Shown here: one piece after another, positions 62,401 through 64,000 of the stretch
Position numbering within the stretch: the first letter of the stretch is position 1
Layout: the number at the start of each line of letters is the position of its first letter
Assembly: GCF_964204645.1 (NCBI RefSeq)
Contig: NC_134027.1
Coordinates: 16,762,360-16,826,359 of the forward strand
From: Tubulanus polymorphus
Taxonomy: Eukaryota > Animalia > Nemertea
DNA length: 64,000 nt
Direction of reading: 5' to 3'
Made by a program: the position numbers and the translations under genes
The notes under the pieces: model-generated
What the model was told of the DNA's origin: nothing
Databases searched by the model: none
Seen by the model: only the letters and a program-made list of their open reading frames with translations

Positions 62401-64000
62401 TTTTCCGATAGGGGGAATATTTGATACGAAAACGTCTTTTCACGCGCTGAACGACGTTTTCGGGTCGAAAAGTGCTTTTCCTGACGATTTGAGCGCTTTT
62501 ACGCATCATTGTCGTTTTTCCGATAGGGGGAATATTTCATACGAAAACGTCTTTTCTCGCGCTGAACGACGTTTTCGGAGCGAAAAGTGCTTTTCCTGAC
62601 GATTTGAGCGCTTTTACGCATCGACATTGTCGTTTTTCCGATAGGGGGAATATTTGATACGAAAACGTCTTTTCTCGCGCTGAACGACGTTTTCGGGTCG
62701 AAAAGTGCTTTTCCTGACGATTTGAGCGCTTTTACGCATCGACATTGTCGTTTTTCCGATAGGGGGAATATTTGATACGAAAACGTCTTTTCTCGCGCTG
62801 AACGACGTTTTCGGGTCGAAAAGTGCTTTTCCTGACGATTTGAGCGCTTTTACGCATCGACATTGTCGTTTTTCCGATAGGGGGAATATTTGATACGAAA
62901 ACGTCTTTTCTCGCGCTGAACGACGTTTTCGGGTCGAAAAGTGCTTTTCCTGACGATTTGAGCGCTTTTACGCATCGACATTGTCGTTTTCCGATAGGGG
63001 GAATATTTGATACGAAAACGTCTTTTCTCGCGCTGAACGACGTTTTCGGGTCGAAAAGTGCTTTTCCTGACGATTTGAGCGCTTTTACGCATCGACATTG
63101 TCGTTTTTCCGATAGGGGAATATTTGATACGAAAACGTCTTTTCTCGCGCTGAACGACGTTTTCGGGTCGAAAAGTGCTTTTCCTGACGATTTGAGCGCT
63201 TTACGCATCGACATTGTCGTTTTTCCGATACGGGGAATATTTGATACGAAAACGTCTTTTCTCGCGCTGAACGACGTTTTCGGGTCGAAAAGTGCTTTTC
63301 CTGACGATTTGAGCGCTTTTACGCATCGACATTGTCGTTTTTCCGATAGGGGAATATTGTGATACGAAAACGTCTTTTCTCGCGCTGAACGACGTTTTCG
63401 GGTCGAAAAGTGCTTTTCCTGACGATTTGAGCGCTTTTACGCATCGACATTGTCGTTTTTCCGATAGGGGGAATATTTGATACGAAAACGTCTTTTCTCG
63501 CGCTGAACGACGTTTTCGGGTCGAAAAGTGCTTTTCCTGACGATTTGAGCGCTTTTACGCATCGACATTGTCGTTTTTCCGATAGGGGGAATATTTGATA
63601 CGAAAACGTCTTTTCTCGCGCTGAACGACGTTTTCGGGTCGAAAAGTGCTTTTCCTGACGATTTGAGCGCTTTTACGCATCGACATTGTCGTTTTTCCGA
63701 TAGGGGGAATATTTGATACGAAAACGTCTTTTCTCGCGCTGAACGACGTTTTCGGGTCGAAAAGTGCTTTTCCTGACGATTTGAGCGCTTTTACGCATCG
63801 ACATTGTCGTTTTTCCGATAGGGGAAATATTTGATACGAAAACGTCTTTTCTCGCGCTGAACGACGTTTTCGGAGCGAAAAGTGCTTTTTCTGACGATTT
63901 GAGCGCTTTTACGCATCGACATTGTCGTTTTTCCGATAGGGGGATTATTTGATACGAAAACGTCTTTTCTCGCGCTGAACGACGTTTTCGGGTCGAAAAG
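38439..64000 (-). repeat. 118-bp satellite, long homogeneous array (>200 monomers) with higher-order duplications
   Basis: Continuous 118-bp periodicity to the window end; variant blocks recur at offsets of 2242 and ~6829 bp. Confidence 0.98.

Noticed and set aside
38436-63362. Dozens of similar ORFs (MSMRKSAQIVRK...) here and at 152-801 and 20212-22205
   Set aside because: They are translations of the 118-bp satellite; lengths depend on chance indels.

Overview
Eukaryotic (probably invertebrate) repeat-rich DNA with no host genes. A CpG-rich 118-bp satellite occupies 1-785 and, in the opposite orientation, 20222-22190 and 38439-64000. Between the opposed arrays lies a decayed, very AT-rich Polinton/Maverick-like endogenous virus (~786-18100). 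It encodes an HNH nuclease, RVE integrase with chromodomain, A32-like packaging ATPase, major and minor capsid proteins, several membrane proteins and a fragmented protein-primed PolB. A second 'left-end' module (18101-20221: hairpin, zinc-finger ORF, 24-bp minisatellite) cuts the PolB N-terminus. Inside the satellite is a three-level nest: a non-autonomous Gypsy-like LTR element (22191-38438, minus strand, tRNA-Phe PBS, gag-pro only), whose gag is split by a CR1-like LINE (27711-36439), whose RT is split by a non-coding LTR element (30470-34451). The most unusual signals are: (i) poxvirus-late-promoter-like T-tract+TAAATG before most viral genes, suggesting a helper-virus-dependent (virophage-like) element; (ii) two long terminal hairpins with compensatory changes and strand-polarised G.T mismatches; (iii) an array of covarying tRNA T-arm mimics in the Gypsy leader; (iv) tandemly reiterated PBS/LTR-end units in both LTR elements. 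All calls were made by eye from motifs; no searches were run.
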